In this document: positions 1 to 7,139 of the stretch, piece after piece
Layout of the letters: every line of letters starts with the position of its first letter
Position numbering within the stretch: position 1 is the first letter of the stretch
From: a virus
Lineage: Duplodnaviria > Caudoviricetes
Direction: 5' to 3' (one strand)
Length of the DNA stretch: 57,827 nucleotides
Virus record (IMG/VR): IMGVR_UViG_3300025536_000018
Coordinates: 1-57,827 of that record
Position numbers and translations under genes: made by a program
The notes under the pieces: generated by a model
Seen by the model: the letters and a program-made list of their open reading frames with translations, nothing else
What the model was told of the DNA's origin: nothing
Databases searched by the model: none

Positions 1-12
1 GCTCAGCGCCCC
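1..12. repeat. Left terminal 12-nt repeat, probable cohesive end (cos)
   Basis: GCTCAGCGCCCC is identical at 1-12 and 57816-57827. The reverse complement GGGGCGCTGAGC resembles the 12-nt cos I recall for phage Chi. A lambda-type terminase and portal are present. Confidence 0.8.
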
Positions 13-207
13 CGCCTGCCCCTCCACCCCTCCAAGGGGGAACCGTTGGACCGCGTAACTACTCGCAAAGCATAGCTAGACGCGGCTCCAGGCCACCACA
101 GAGAGGCTAAGCGGAAGGCATAGCTAGGGGATAGCGGGGCACATAGGCCAAGCGCTCTAGGGGCCTCTAATCGGCTCCAGGGCCTAGCCGATATCAGGCC
201 AGGCGCT

Positions 208-282
208 CTAGGCGGATCATCGGGCTAGGTGGATCATCGCACTAGGCGGCTAGGCGGATCATCGGGCTAGGTGGATCATCGC
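208..282. repeat. 33-bp direct repeat x2, made of four CTAGGYGGATCATCG units
   Basis: Units at 208, 225, 250 and 267; 208-240 is identical to 250-282; non-coding and near the genome end. Confidence 0.9.
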
Positions 283-330
283 CCCGGCCGCCCTGCCGAT
301 TCGCGGCCTAGCTCCAGGGGCAAGGGGCAC

Positions 331-365
331 AAAGAAAAACGCCCCGGCCATATCAGGCCAGGGCG
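331..365 (-). terminator. Intrinsic terminator ending the left-arm operon
   Basis: Minus strand CGCCCTGGCC-TGATAT-GGCCGGGGCG followed by TTTTTCTTT. Confidence 0.8.
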
Positions 366-398
366 CTAGGGTGCGACTCGGAAGTTAGTTCTATGTGT

Positions 399-1187
399 CT
401 AGGGGTAGAGTAGCTTGACCGCCTCCAGGCCCGCCCGCTCCAGGTTCGTTAGGTCCGCCCTGCCGTCCAGGCTGGCCAGGGCCTCCCGCCATAGCTCCAG
501 GCGCTCCAGGCGTAGGGCCTCCCGTTCCTCCCGCTCCTTTGCCAGGCGGTCCCGCTCTATTGCCCGCTCCGCATCGCGTGCCGCCTCATCGGCCTTGCGC
601 TTGGCCAGGGCCGACTCCATCTCCGCAACCGTGGGAAGCTGGCCACGTTCAAAGGCCGTCCAGGCCGCCGCCGCCATGGCTTCCTTAGCCGTGAAATGCA
701 CGGGCCAGAATATCACGCGACTCGGTTCGCTATGCCCGCCGTTAAGCCACCGCTTAGCCTCAAACGAGTCCACCCGACTCCCGGATATGCAAGGCCCGTT
801 TTCATAGTAGCTATGCCGTTCCTCTGGACCCTTCAGGCGGTAGAGCTTCCAATGCGTGCCCCAACCCGAATCGCAAGACACATAGCCCCGCAATTCGCCG
901 TCAATCATCACGTCATAGCTAGAGCGCTGATAGGCGTTTATCGGCTCCGCCCGCTTCGCCAGGTCCAGGCGCGGCAACGTGGCGAGCTTCGCCTTGCCTA
1001 TGGCTTGCGCGCATTTAGGGCACGTCGCCAGGCGCGGGGAATCGAACGGCGCGGCCCGGTCATGTAAGCGCGACTCGCCGCACCACGATTCGGCCATGCC
1101 GCGCCCCGGATCATCCGCAAAGGGGTATTGATCCGGACTCCATCGCCGGAAGGCGCAAACCTTATGAACGCCGCGACTCCTGCCCAT
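399..1187 (-). CDS. Hypothetical early protein (Cys/His-rich N-terminus, C-terminal coiled coil)
   Basis: ORF 399..1250; ATG at 1187 overlaps the upstream stop (TAATG). Confidence 0.75.
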   Translation of the reverse strand: MGRSRGVHKVCAFRRWSPDQYPFADDPGRGMAESWCGESRLHDRAAPFDSPRLATCPKCAQAIGKAKLATLPRLDLAKRAEPINAYQRSSYDVMIDGELRGYVSCDSGWGTHWKLYRLKGPEERHSYYENGPCISGSRVDSFEAKRWLNGGHSEPSRVIFWPVHFTAKEAMAAAAWTAFERGQLPTVAEMESALAKRKADEAARDAERAIERDRLAKEREEREALRLERLELWREALASLDGRADLTNLERAGLEAVKLLYP

Positions 1188-1639
1188 TAGACCGACTCGC
1201 CGATGATATGGGGGCCGCCCTCCAGGCCGGAATAAAGCGCCGTTTGCCACGGGATCGAATAGAAGCGGAAAGCGCCCGCCGTGCCCACGGCCTCAAATAT
1301 CGCCGCGTGCTGGCAATCGCCCGTTTCCTGATATCCGACAAGCCGGAAGCCGTGCAAGGCGGCCACCTTATCGGCCACCGGCTCCAGGCGCTTCCTATAT
1401 CGCTTGTCAGTGAGGAGTCGCACGCCGGAAGCGTGCAAATCGCCCCGCACTAGCGGCTTGTGGCGCTCCAGGGCGTCCAGGGCGGCCCGCACTTCGTCCG
1501 CCGTGGCGGCGCACCTGTTGCCGCTCCAGCCCCGCGCTAGGCGGGTGACGTGATTCAGGGCCTTGCGGAGTCCTATCACGTTCGTTTTTGTGACGTTGCC
1601 CGACTCAATCGCGGCAAGGTGACGTTGCATTGCGTTCAT
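1187..1639 (-). CDS. Hypothetical early protein
   Basis: 150-aa ORF with AAGGAG RBS in the repeated leader. Confidence 0.8.
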   Translation of the reverse strand: MNAMQRHLAAIESGNVTKTNVIGLRKALNHVTRLARGWSGNRCAATADEVRAALDALERHKPLVRGDLHASGVRLLTDKRYRKRLEPVADKVAALHGFRLVGYQETGDCQHAAIFEAVGTAGAFRFYSIPWQTALYSGLEGGPHIIGESV

Positions 1640-1670
1640 TTGATTCGCTCCTTTGAAAGCGGGTTAAAGT

Positions 1671-1865
1671 TCAATTGTCGCCAGGGCGATTCGTGCCGCC
1701 GATGAACCGGCCCGCGCCGCCCTGAAGGCGAGTCGCGGCGATATCGTCCCGGCGTTGCGATTCCGCACATTCGCGCTTGATCCGGCTCCACAGTGTCGCG
1801 CCGCCGATGATAGCGGCGAAGGTGACGAGTCCGACAAGGGCGGCGATAAGGTCAGGTCCAAACAT
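1671..1865 (-). CDS. Small membrane protein
   Basis: One hydrophobic segment (LIAALVGLVTFAAIIGGATLW); GGAG RBS favours ATG at 1865. Confidence 0.6.
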   Translation of the reverse strand: MFGPDLIAALVGLVTFAAIIGGATLWSRIKRECAESQRRDDIAATRLQGGAGRFIGGTNRPGDN

Positions 1866-1898
1866 TCGAATCACTCCGTTCCGTTGTTACTCACTCCG

Positions 1899-1933
1899 TA
1901 TAGCGGAGAAAGTCCTAACAGGAAGTTAATTCC
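1899..1933 (-). promoter_or_regulatory. Left-arm promoter cassette: palindrome plus CtrA-like box plus GCTATA -10
   Basis: CTAA-N7-TTAA at 1915-1929, palindrome variant at 1921-1933, -10 at 1899-1904. Confidence 0.6.
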
Positions 1934-2408
1934 GGCCGATTATCTCCGCCCCGGCAAGGTTGCCCTCCCGGCCGTCCGCCACCCGATAGCCCCGGATCAT
2001 AAGGAAGCCGGAGTCCACTTCATAACCAGTGACGCAACAAACGACTCCGCCGATTGCCCGCACTTCCTGCCCTACCGTGGGCACGGGTTGCTTACCGCTC
2101 CACACTGGCCAGCCGCCACGGTTCGCCAGGCGCTTGCCTTTCCACTTCGCTTTGACGTGGGGCGGGATCAAGCCGCGCCGGATATCGGCCGCCACCTTTG
2201 CCGCCCGCTCCGCTTTGACATACTCCCGCAACTTGCGAGTCGCGTTAGGGCCGTGGAAGGCGACAACGTGGCCCGTTGCCGGGTTGAACCGATAGAAGCG
2301 GGAAAGGTGCGCCGCATCGCCGCACTTGATCCACTGGCCAGGCTGGAGCTTTGCGCGGGCGCTATCGTCCAGGGTCCAGATATCAGGGGCAGGGGTAAAC
2401 TTAGCCAT
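1926..2408 (-). CDS. Hypothetical early protein
   Basis: 160-aa ORF with GGAG RBS. Confidence 0.8.
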   Translation of the reverse strand: MAKFTPAPDIWTLDDSARAKLQPGQWIKCGDAAHLSRFYRFNPATGHVVAFHGPNATRKLREYVKAERAAKVAADIRRGLIPPHVKAKWKGKRLANRGGWPVWSGKQPVPTVGQEVRAIGGVVCCVTGYEVDSGFLMIRGYRVADGREGNLAGAEIIGRN

Positions 2409-2486
2409 TGTGAGTCGCTCCGTTGAAAGCGTTTCCGATAGACCTTCTATAGCGGATGATTCGTTAATAGGAAGTTACTTCCGCCG
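2409..2486 (-). promoter_or_regulatory. Left-arm promoter/leader cassette (paralogue of 4520-4595)
   Basis: Minus strand GGAAGTAACTTCC-TATTAAC-GAATC...GCTATAG...CGCTTTCAACGGAG-ATG. Confidence 0.7.
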
Positions 2487-2640
2487 CCTTTCGATCATCC
2501 ACCGACTCGCGGTCCAGGTTGACATAATAGCGCCAGGCTCCGCCGCGCGACTGTTGCCGGAATAGTGCCGAATTAGCGAAGCCGCCCCGGTCATACCATT
2601 CCTTTTTAGTGATTCGCTCTTTCCGCACCTTTTGCGCCAT
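2464..2640 (-). CDS. Small hypothetical protein (58 aa, below the ORF-track cut-off)
   Basis: MAQKVRKERITKKEWYDRGGF...KAAEVTSY*; GGAG RBS in a TTTAGACGGAG leader. Confidence 0.65.
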   Translation of the reverse strand: MAQKVRKERITKKEWYDRGGFANSALFRQQSRGGAWRYYVNLDRESVDDRKAAEVTSY

Positions 2641-2672
2641 TGTCTTGCACTCCGTCTAAAGTGATTCGGAAG

Positions 2673-2819
2673 TTAGTTCCGATATGCGCGGCCGTTCCGC
2701 CGCCGTTCAATCACGCCCGCCGCCTGTTTGCGGATGCGAGCGATTCGCTTGTGCTCTTCCCACGTCGCGACGTGCTGGCAATGGTTGCCGTCAAAATAGG
2801 CCGCCTCACTGTAGAGCAT
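2673..2819 (-). CDS. Small hypothetical protein (48 aa)
   Basis: MLYSEAAYFDGNHCQHVATWEEHKRIARIRK...; GAAGGGA RBS; fills the gap in the operon. Confidence 0.5.
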   Translation of the reverse strand: MLYSEAAYFDGNHCQHVATWEEHKRIARIRKQAAGVIERRRNGRAYRN

Positions 2820-3057
2820 TTTCATTCCCTTCCGTTGTCCGATGATTCGACACTAGGGCCGATTCGTTAACAACTGGTTTATAGTGGCGGCCTTGCATCC
2901 ATCCGGCGCAATAGACCGCAACCAGGGCGAAGGCGACGGCGTAGAGCAAGCAACCGCCGACTCCTTGCTTCCCCTGCCGTTTCTTCCGCTCTAGCGCTTC
3001 CTGTTGCTCCAGGGTGCGCCCCCACGGCAGAATCTCTAAGGGCTTATCGTCTTTCAT
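2806..3057 (-). CDS. Small membrane protein
   Basis: One TM segment (GCLLYAVAFALVAVYCAGW); start MKDDKP. Confidence 0.55.
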   Translation of the reverse strand: MKDDKPLEILPWGRTLEQQEALERKKRQGKQGVGGCLLYAVAFALVAVYCAGWMQGRHYKPVVNESALVSNHRTTEGNENALQ

Positions 3058-3171
3058 GGCTTGGCCTTTCCCTTCCGTCCGGATCATGCCGCGCCCACAT
3101 TGCCCGCAAGAGCACGACTCGGCGTTCCAGGGCGTCCAGGGGCGGCCGTGGAGCCTCCAGGCGCTCCGCCC

Positions 3172-3426
3172 TCACTGTGGCCACCATTCGGGCCGCTCGC
3201 CTTCGTCCAGCCATGCCAGGCAATCGGCGGCCATGGCCACGGCGGCGGGGCCGTCATCATGTTCCGGCACGTCCGAGTCGATCAAGTCGCCCGACTCGTC
3301 ATACTCAAACCAATAGGCGCGAGTCGAACGAAGGCTAGAGCAAGGCCAGCCGCCGTTAAACAGGGCAACGCCGACTTGCGAGACTCGGACCTTGCGCGGC
3401 CCTACGGTGCTAAGGATATCAGACAT
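3172..3426 (-). CDS. Hypothetical early protein
   Basis: TAATG coupling at 3426. Confidence 0.7.
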   Translation of the reverse strand: MSDILSTVGPRKVRVSQVGVALFNGGWPCSSLRSTRAYWFEYDESGDLIDSDVPEHDDGPAAVAMAADCLAWLDEGERPEWWPQ

Positions 3427-4055
3427 TAGGCGGATTCCTTCCCGCAAATATAGGTTTGCCCGTCATCGCCTAGATATGCCTCCAGGCTATGCCGCGACTC
3501 CACTAGGTCGCTAAGCGCTTCGCCGATTGCGCGATTCTCTTCCCGGTCATCGCTCCAGGAGTCCCGGTCCCGGAAGCCCGCGCCGTGGCCCGCCCGCTCT
3601 AGGTAAAGGTCGCTTCCCATTTGCTCCAGGGTGTAACGGTTCGCCAGGTCCAGGCCCGCTAAGGCCCCGTCAGGAACGGCCGCCAGGTGCGCCGCGATAG
3701 CCGCCAGGAACGACTCGCACTCCGCCACGGCCGCCCGAAAGGTGGAGTCGGGGCAATCGTAAATCGTGCCCGTGTCGCGAGCTTCCCGGCCTTCGCTAGT
3801 CGCTTCGTCCGACTCGCTATGCTGCAAGTCCTGAAGCAAGACGGCCAGGAACGACTCGGCCATAGGGCACGCCCGAAAGGCGGCCTTGCGCTCCCGTTCC
3901 CGGTTGTCAGTTTCCAGGGCGGCGCGGGCGGCCTTCAGGGCTTCCACCTTGTCCGCCACAATCGGCGAGTCCCGGCGCTCCAGGCCGTCCGCTTGCACGA
4001 AGCAAGGCCGATAGCCGCCGCCCGTCTTTTCGGTCCAATAGGTTTGCACGGCCAT
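3426..4055 (-). CDS. Hypothetical early protein (G-x-D-L-Y-L-x-R-x-G-H-G-A-G-F motif)
   Basis: 209-aa ORF, translationally coupled; motif of a type I recall from phage early proteins. Confidence 0.75.
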   Translation of the reverse strand: MAVQTYWTEKTGGGYRPCFVQADGLERRDSPIVADKVEALKAARAALETDNRERERKAAFRACPMAESFLAVLLQDLQHSESDEATSEGREARDTGTIYDCPDSTFRAAVAECESFLAAIAAHLAAVPDGALAGLDLANRYTLEQMGSDLYLERAGHGAGFRDRDSWSDDREENRAIGEALSDLVESRHSLEAYLGDDGQTYICGKESA

Positions 4056-4519
4056 TATTCCGACTCCTCTTCGTCATAGTCGCCAGCCGTCAAAGCCGCC
4101 GCCAGCGTGGCCAGTTCCGCGCGTAGCTCTTCGCGTTGCTCTTCGTAAACTTCGCGAAGGTAAGCGCCGGAGTCCGACTCGATTCCCCAAAGGCCCGCGC
4201 TCCGTAGCTCCAGGATTCGGAAAGACTGGCCACCGGCCGGGATAAAGACAACCGCCCGCGCCACGACTCCGACATATTGCCAGGCGTCACCTAGCCACCT
4301 GTTATAGCGGAGCCGCGCCTTTTGCGTTTCCCGCTTCAGGTCCGCCGCCGTCTTGCCTTCGCCGATGAATCCCGCGTCTTGCGGATCAAGCGAAGGCCAA
4401 TAGCCGTCTTGCATTTGATCCGGGGCGCTTGCGTGATTGTCGCGGGGCGTTTCCATTGTCCAGGATATCGCCAGGCGTTGCGGCCGGGTGGCCGAGTCGA
4501 TCATGTTAAATTGCGTCAT
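4055..4519 (-). CDS. Hypothetical early protein (W-x-YVGV...LWGIES motif)
   Basis: 154-aa ORF with GGAG RBS. Confidence 0.8.
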   Translation of the reverse strand: MTQFNMIDSATRPQRLAISWTMETPRDNHASAPDQMQDGYWPSLDPQDAGFIGEGKTAADLKRETQKARLRYNRWLGDAWQYVGVVARAVVFIPAGGQSFRILELRSAGLWGIESDSGAYLREVYEEQREELRAELATLAAALTAGDYDEEESE

Positions 4520-4595
4520 TTGATTCGCTCCGTCTAAAGCGTTGCCGATAGGCCCTTGATAGGGGGCAACCGTTAACAGGAAGTTACTTCCGCCG
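4520..4595 (-). promoter_or_regulatory. Left-arm promoter/leader cassette
   Basis: Near-copy of 2409-2486; GTAA-N7-TTAAC on minus strand overlapping the perfect palindrome at 4579. Confidence 0.7.
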
Positions 4596-4800
4596 TAAAA
4601 ATATACACCGGGGCGCTAGGCTCCGTCGCGGCCAGGCCCGCCTGGTTCCACCTGTTGACTAGCTCCAGGAAGTCCAGGCGGCCGCCCGTCCGATTGCCGC
4701 CGCCTAGTTGCATGGCGACTCGCACCGGGTCCAGGCTAAGCGATTCGACGTGGCGGGAGCCGTCAGGCCGAATCGCGGTGCGGGTGTAACGGTGCGCCAT
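4573..4800 (-). CDS. Hypothetical protein
   Basis: 75 aa, TAATG coupling, ends in AEVTSC encoded by the palindrome. Confidence 0.7.
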   Translation of the reverse strand: MAHRYTRTAIRPDGSRHVESLSLDPVRVAMQLGGGNRTGGRLDFLELVNRWNQAGLAATEPSAPVYIFTAEVTSC

Positions 4801-5669
4801 TAGGCGAAGTCCGCCGCATCGCCCGCCGCGTCCAGTTCATCCCGGCCGCCATAGCGAGTCGCGTTATAGAGCTTCCAGGCCGAGTCCTTGTCCAGTTCCG
4901 CCGACTCCTTGCCGTCTTCCAGGCGGATGATTCGGCCGGTCATGGCATTGGAGTCGAACTTGAACCGATAGCGCGGGCGCGGGCCGTGCATTTGCTCCGC
5001 CACGTTTTCCAGGCGCAACCCGGAGTCGGTCCAGTCAATCGACTCGTCATCGGCCACGGCGTCCGCCATGATCGAATATTGAAAGTGCGCCGAGTCGCGG
5101 TCTCCGCTTCCCCATTTTGTCACAGTGTCGAAAGCCGCGCCGAGTCGGTTATTCTGGCGAAAGTCTCCGCTGATATACCGTTGCCCCTCCAGGCGGCGAC
5201 TCTGCCCGCGCGGGTTTGCCACGAAGGCGGCGGCATACTGGCCAAAGCCGCGCCCGCCGTAACCTTCGTGCTCCAGTTCCGCGCGGATCATGCAAATATC
5301 ATCGCCGAGTCGGGTGAAAAAGGCCAGGTAAACGGTAGGGCCGAATCCTTCGCCTTGCGACACGTCCAGCTTAGCGAAGTAAGGGCCGCCTTTTAGCTCG
5401 CCTTCGTCTTTGCCCACGTTGAGCGCGGCCGGGACAAAGCGGGTGTAAGTGCCCTTGAATTGATAGAAGGCAATCGGCTGGAACTTGCGCGCCAGGTCCA
5501 GGGCTTCCCATAGGTTCGCCACGCGGTAGCTAATCCAATGGCCGAGTCCCGCGCTTGTCAGTTGCACGGAACGGGGCGGCACGGGTGCGAGCGTTGCTAG
5601 GGCGTGCTCGCGCTCCAGCTTCGCCAGGTCCGCCGCTTGCTTGGCCTTCATTTCTTCTAGGGTCATCAT
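4800..5669 (-). CDS. Hypothetical early protein
   Basis: 289-aa ORF with the repeated CGCTTTAGACGGAG leader. Confidence 0.8.
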   Translation of the reverse strand: MMTLEEMKAKQAADLAKLEREHALATLAPVPPRSVQLTSAGLGHWISYRVANLWEALDLARKFQPIAFYQFKGTYTRFVPAALNVGKDEGELKGGPYFAKLDVSQGEGFGPTVYLAFFTRLGDDICMIRAELEHEGYGGRGFGQYAAAFVANPRGQSRRLEGQRYISGDFRQNNRLGAAFDTVTKWGSGDRDSAHFQYSIMADAVADDESIDWTDSGLRLENVAEQMHGPRPRYRFKFDSNAMTGRIIRLEDGKESAELDKDSAWKLYNATRYGGRDELDAAGDAADFA

Positions 5670-5710
5670 TGCGAATCACTCCGTCTAAAGCGTCATTGCT
5701 ATGCGAAGTG

Positions 5711-5758
5711 ATTAGCCCCGGAAGTCCTAACAATCAATTAAAATCGGAAGCAACTTCC
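5711..5758 (-). promoter_or_regulatory. First promoter of the left arm (CtrA-like box plus GCTAAT -10, palindrome upstream)
   Basis: Minus strand TTAA-TTGATTG-TTAG at 5727-5741, -10 at 5711-5716, palindrome at 5746. Confidence 0.6.
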
Positions 5759-6046
5759 GGCCGCCGTCCAGGCGCTCCAGGCTCCAGGCTCCAGAGAATA
5801 GAATCGCGCGGCGCGCATAGGCGCGGCCGGGTTAACGAGTCACCCCACAAAAATGGTTAACGCGATTTTCATCATTAACGCGGCGGTAAGGTTAACGCAA
5901 AACTTTTGCCCTCCGATCCAGCCGAGTCCCATTCTGGCACACCCGAATCGCCAACCCCCCTGTAGTGGTAATTCTGGAATAAAAACCAGTCCGCCCCACG
6001 GCCACGGCGCTGACGTTTGGCGGCTCTCCGAGGGTATGCGGTCTGG

Positions 6047-6075
6047 TTGACAATTTTTCCAGCCGCGTTTATACG
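6047..6075 (+). promoter_or_regulatory. Sigma70-type promoter
   Basis: TTGACA-17 nt-TATACG upstream of the rightward gene block. Confidence 0.7.
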
Positions 6076-6114
6076 AACCACATAACCGATTCCCACCAAG
6101 AAGGAGAAAGCCCC

Positions 6115-6402
6115 GTGGCCGACACCAATGCCACTATCACTTCCATGGCCAAGCAACTGAAGGAGGGAGAATCGGTCAGCCGATCCAAGCGTATCCCCCT
6201 GGACGAACTCGATCCCAAGAAGGTATCGAAGAAGCTGGCCTCCATGCGGAACAGCATGAACCAGATTGCGGCACGGGCGCGTGAAGCAACCGGAAGTGAC
6301 TTCCGCGTCGAGAGCGGCCAGTTCATCACCTATGACGGTGCGGCCGTTGTCCTGACCTGTGTGCTGACGTGCATGGAGGATGACGGCGAAGACGATATCT
6401 GA
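6115..6402 (+). CDS. Hypothetical protein
   Basis: GTG start, AAGGAG RBS, acidic C-terminus DDGEDDI. Confidence 0.8.
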   Translation: MADTNATITSMAKQLKEGESVSRSKRIPLDELDPKKVSKKLASMRNSMNQIAARAREATGSDFRVESGQFITYDGAAVVLTCVLTCMEDDGEDDI

Positions 6403-6426
6403 CCACCAGCACCGGAGGACCAACCA

Positions 6427-6690
6427 ATGTGCATTGAAAAAGTTATGAGCTACAGCTTTGCGGGCAAGCTCTTCCCTACCGAACTCGACGCGGTGAAAGC
6501 CGCCCTCTCGGAGATCGGCACTCGCCTCATCAAGGACTACTCCACCAATCCGGTGAAGGGTCTTCTCGAACTCGGCCAGGACATCTCCGCTCTTCGCGAG
6601 CGCTTCCTTGCCCTGTCCCCCGCCCCTATTTCCACGGAAGAGGCTGAAGCAAAAGAGCCTACCACCCTTTCGGAGAAAGCCGATGGGTAG
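6427..6690 (+). CDS. Hypothetical protein
   Basis: GGAGG RBS, phage-like codon usage. Confidence 0.75.
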   Translation: MCIEKVMSYSFAGKLFPTELDAVKAALSEIGTRLIKDYSTNPVKGLLELGQDISALRERFLALSPAPISTEEAEAKEPTTLSEKADG

Positions 6691-6961
6691 GGAGAGCTAC
6701 GCCGGTCTATGCGTGGGCGGCCCTCTGGCGGGCAAGTCCATCGCCTACCCTCACCAGGTCATGAAGGTCGAACAGTTCGAGCGCCCGCCGCTACGGACGG
6801 CCCTGGAACAGTCCCTCGCGGCTCCAGGTGCGATCCCCGAACCGATCACCTACAACTGGCACCACACTGGAGCGCAAGGCTTCTGGATACCGCAAGGTGA
6901 ATCGCTTCACGACGCGATCAACGCGATGGCGCTGGCTTACGCGGAGAAGTGTCATGGTTGA
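6683..6961 (+). CDS. Hypothetical protein (GGPLAG motif)
   Basis: Start MGRESY overlaps the previous stop; GGAG RBS. Confidence 0.7.
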   Translation: MGRESYAGLCVGGPLAGKSIAYPHQVMKVEQFERPPLRTALEQSLAAPGAIPEPITYNWHHTGAQGFWIPQGESLHDAINAMALAYAEKCHG

Positions 6962-7139
6962 AGGCGAGCGCCGGAAGAAGATCGCCGACGCTTACGTCAG
7001 CTTGCCGCACTACGGACAGAAGACCGAACAGTGCATCGCCTTCGTCAAGGGCACATGCCGTTGCCGCAACATCTACCACTTCCTCGATTCCGCCAAGGAC
7101 TCGAATGTCGAACGCCTCGAAAGGATGCTCTTCTCATGA
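6954..7139 (+). CDS. Small hypothetical protein
   Basis: MVEGERRKK...; overlaps both neighbours. Confidence 0.6.
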   Translation: MVEGERRKKIADAYVSLPHYGQKTEQCIAFVKGTCRCRNIYHFLDSAKDSNVERLERMLFS

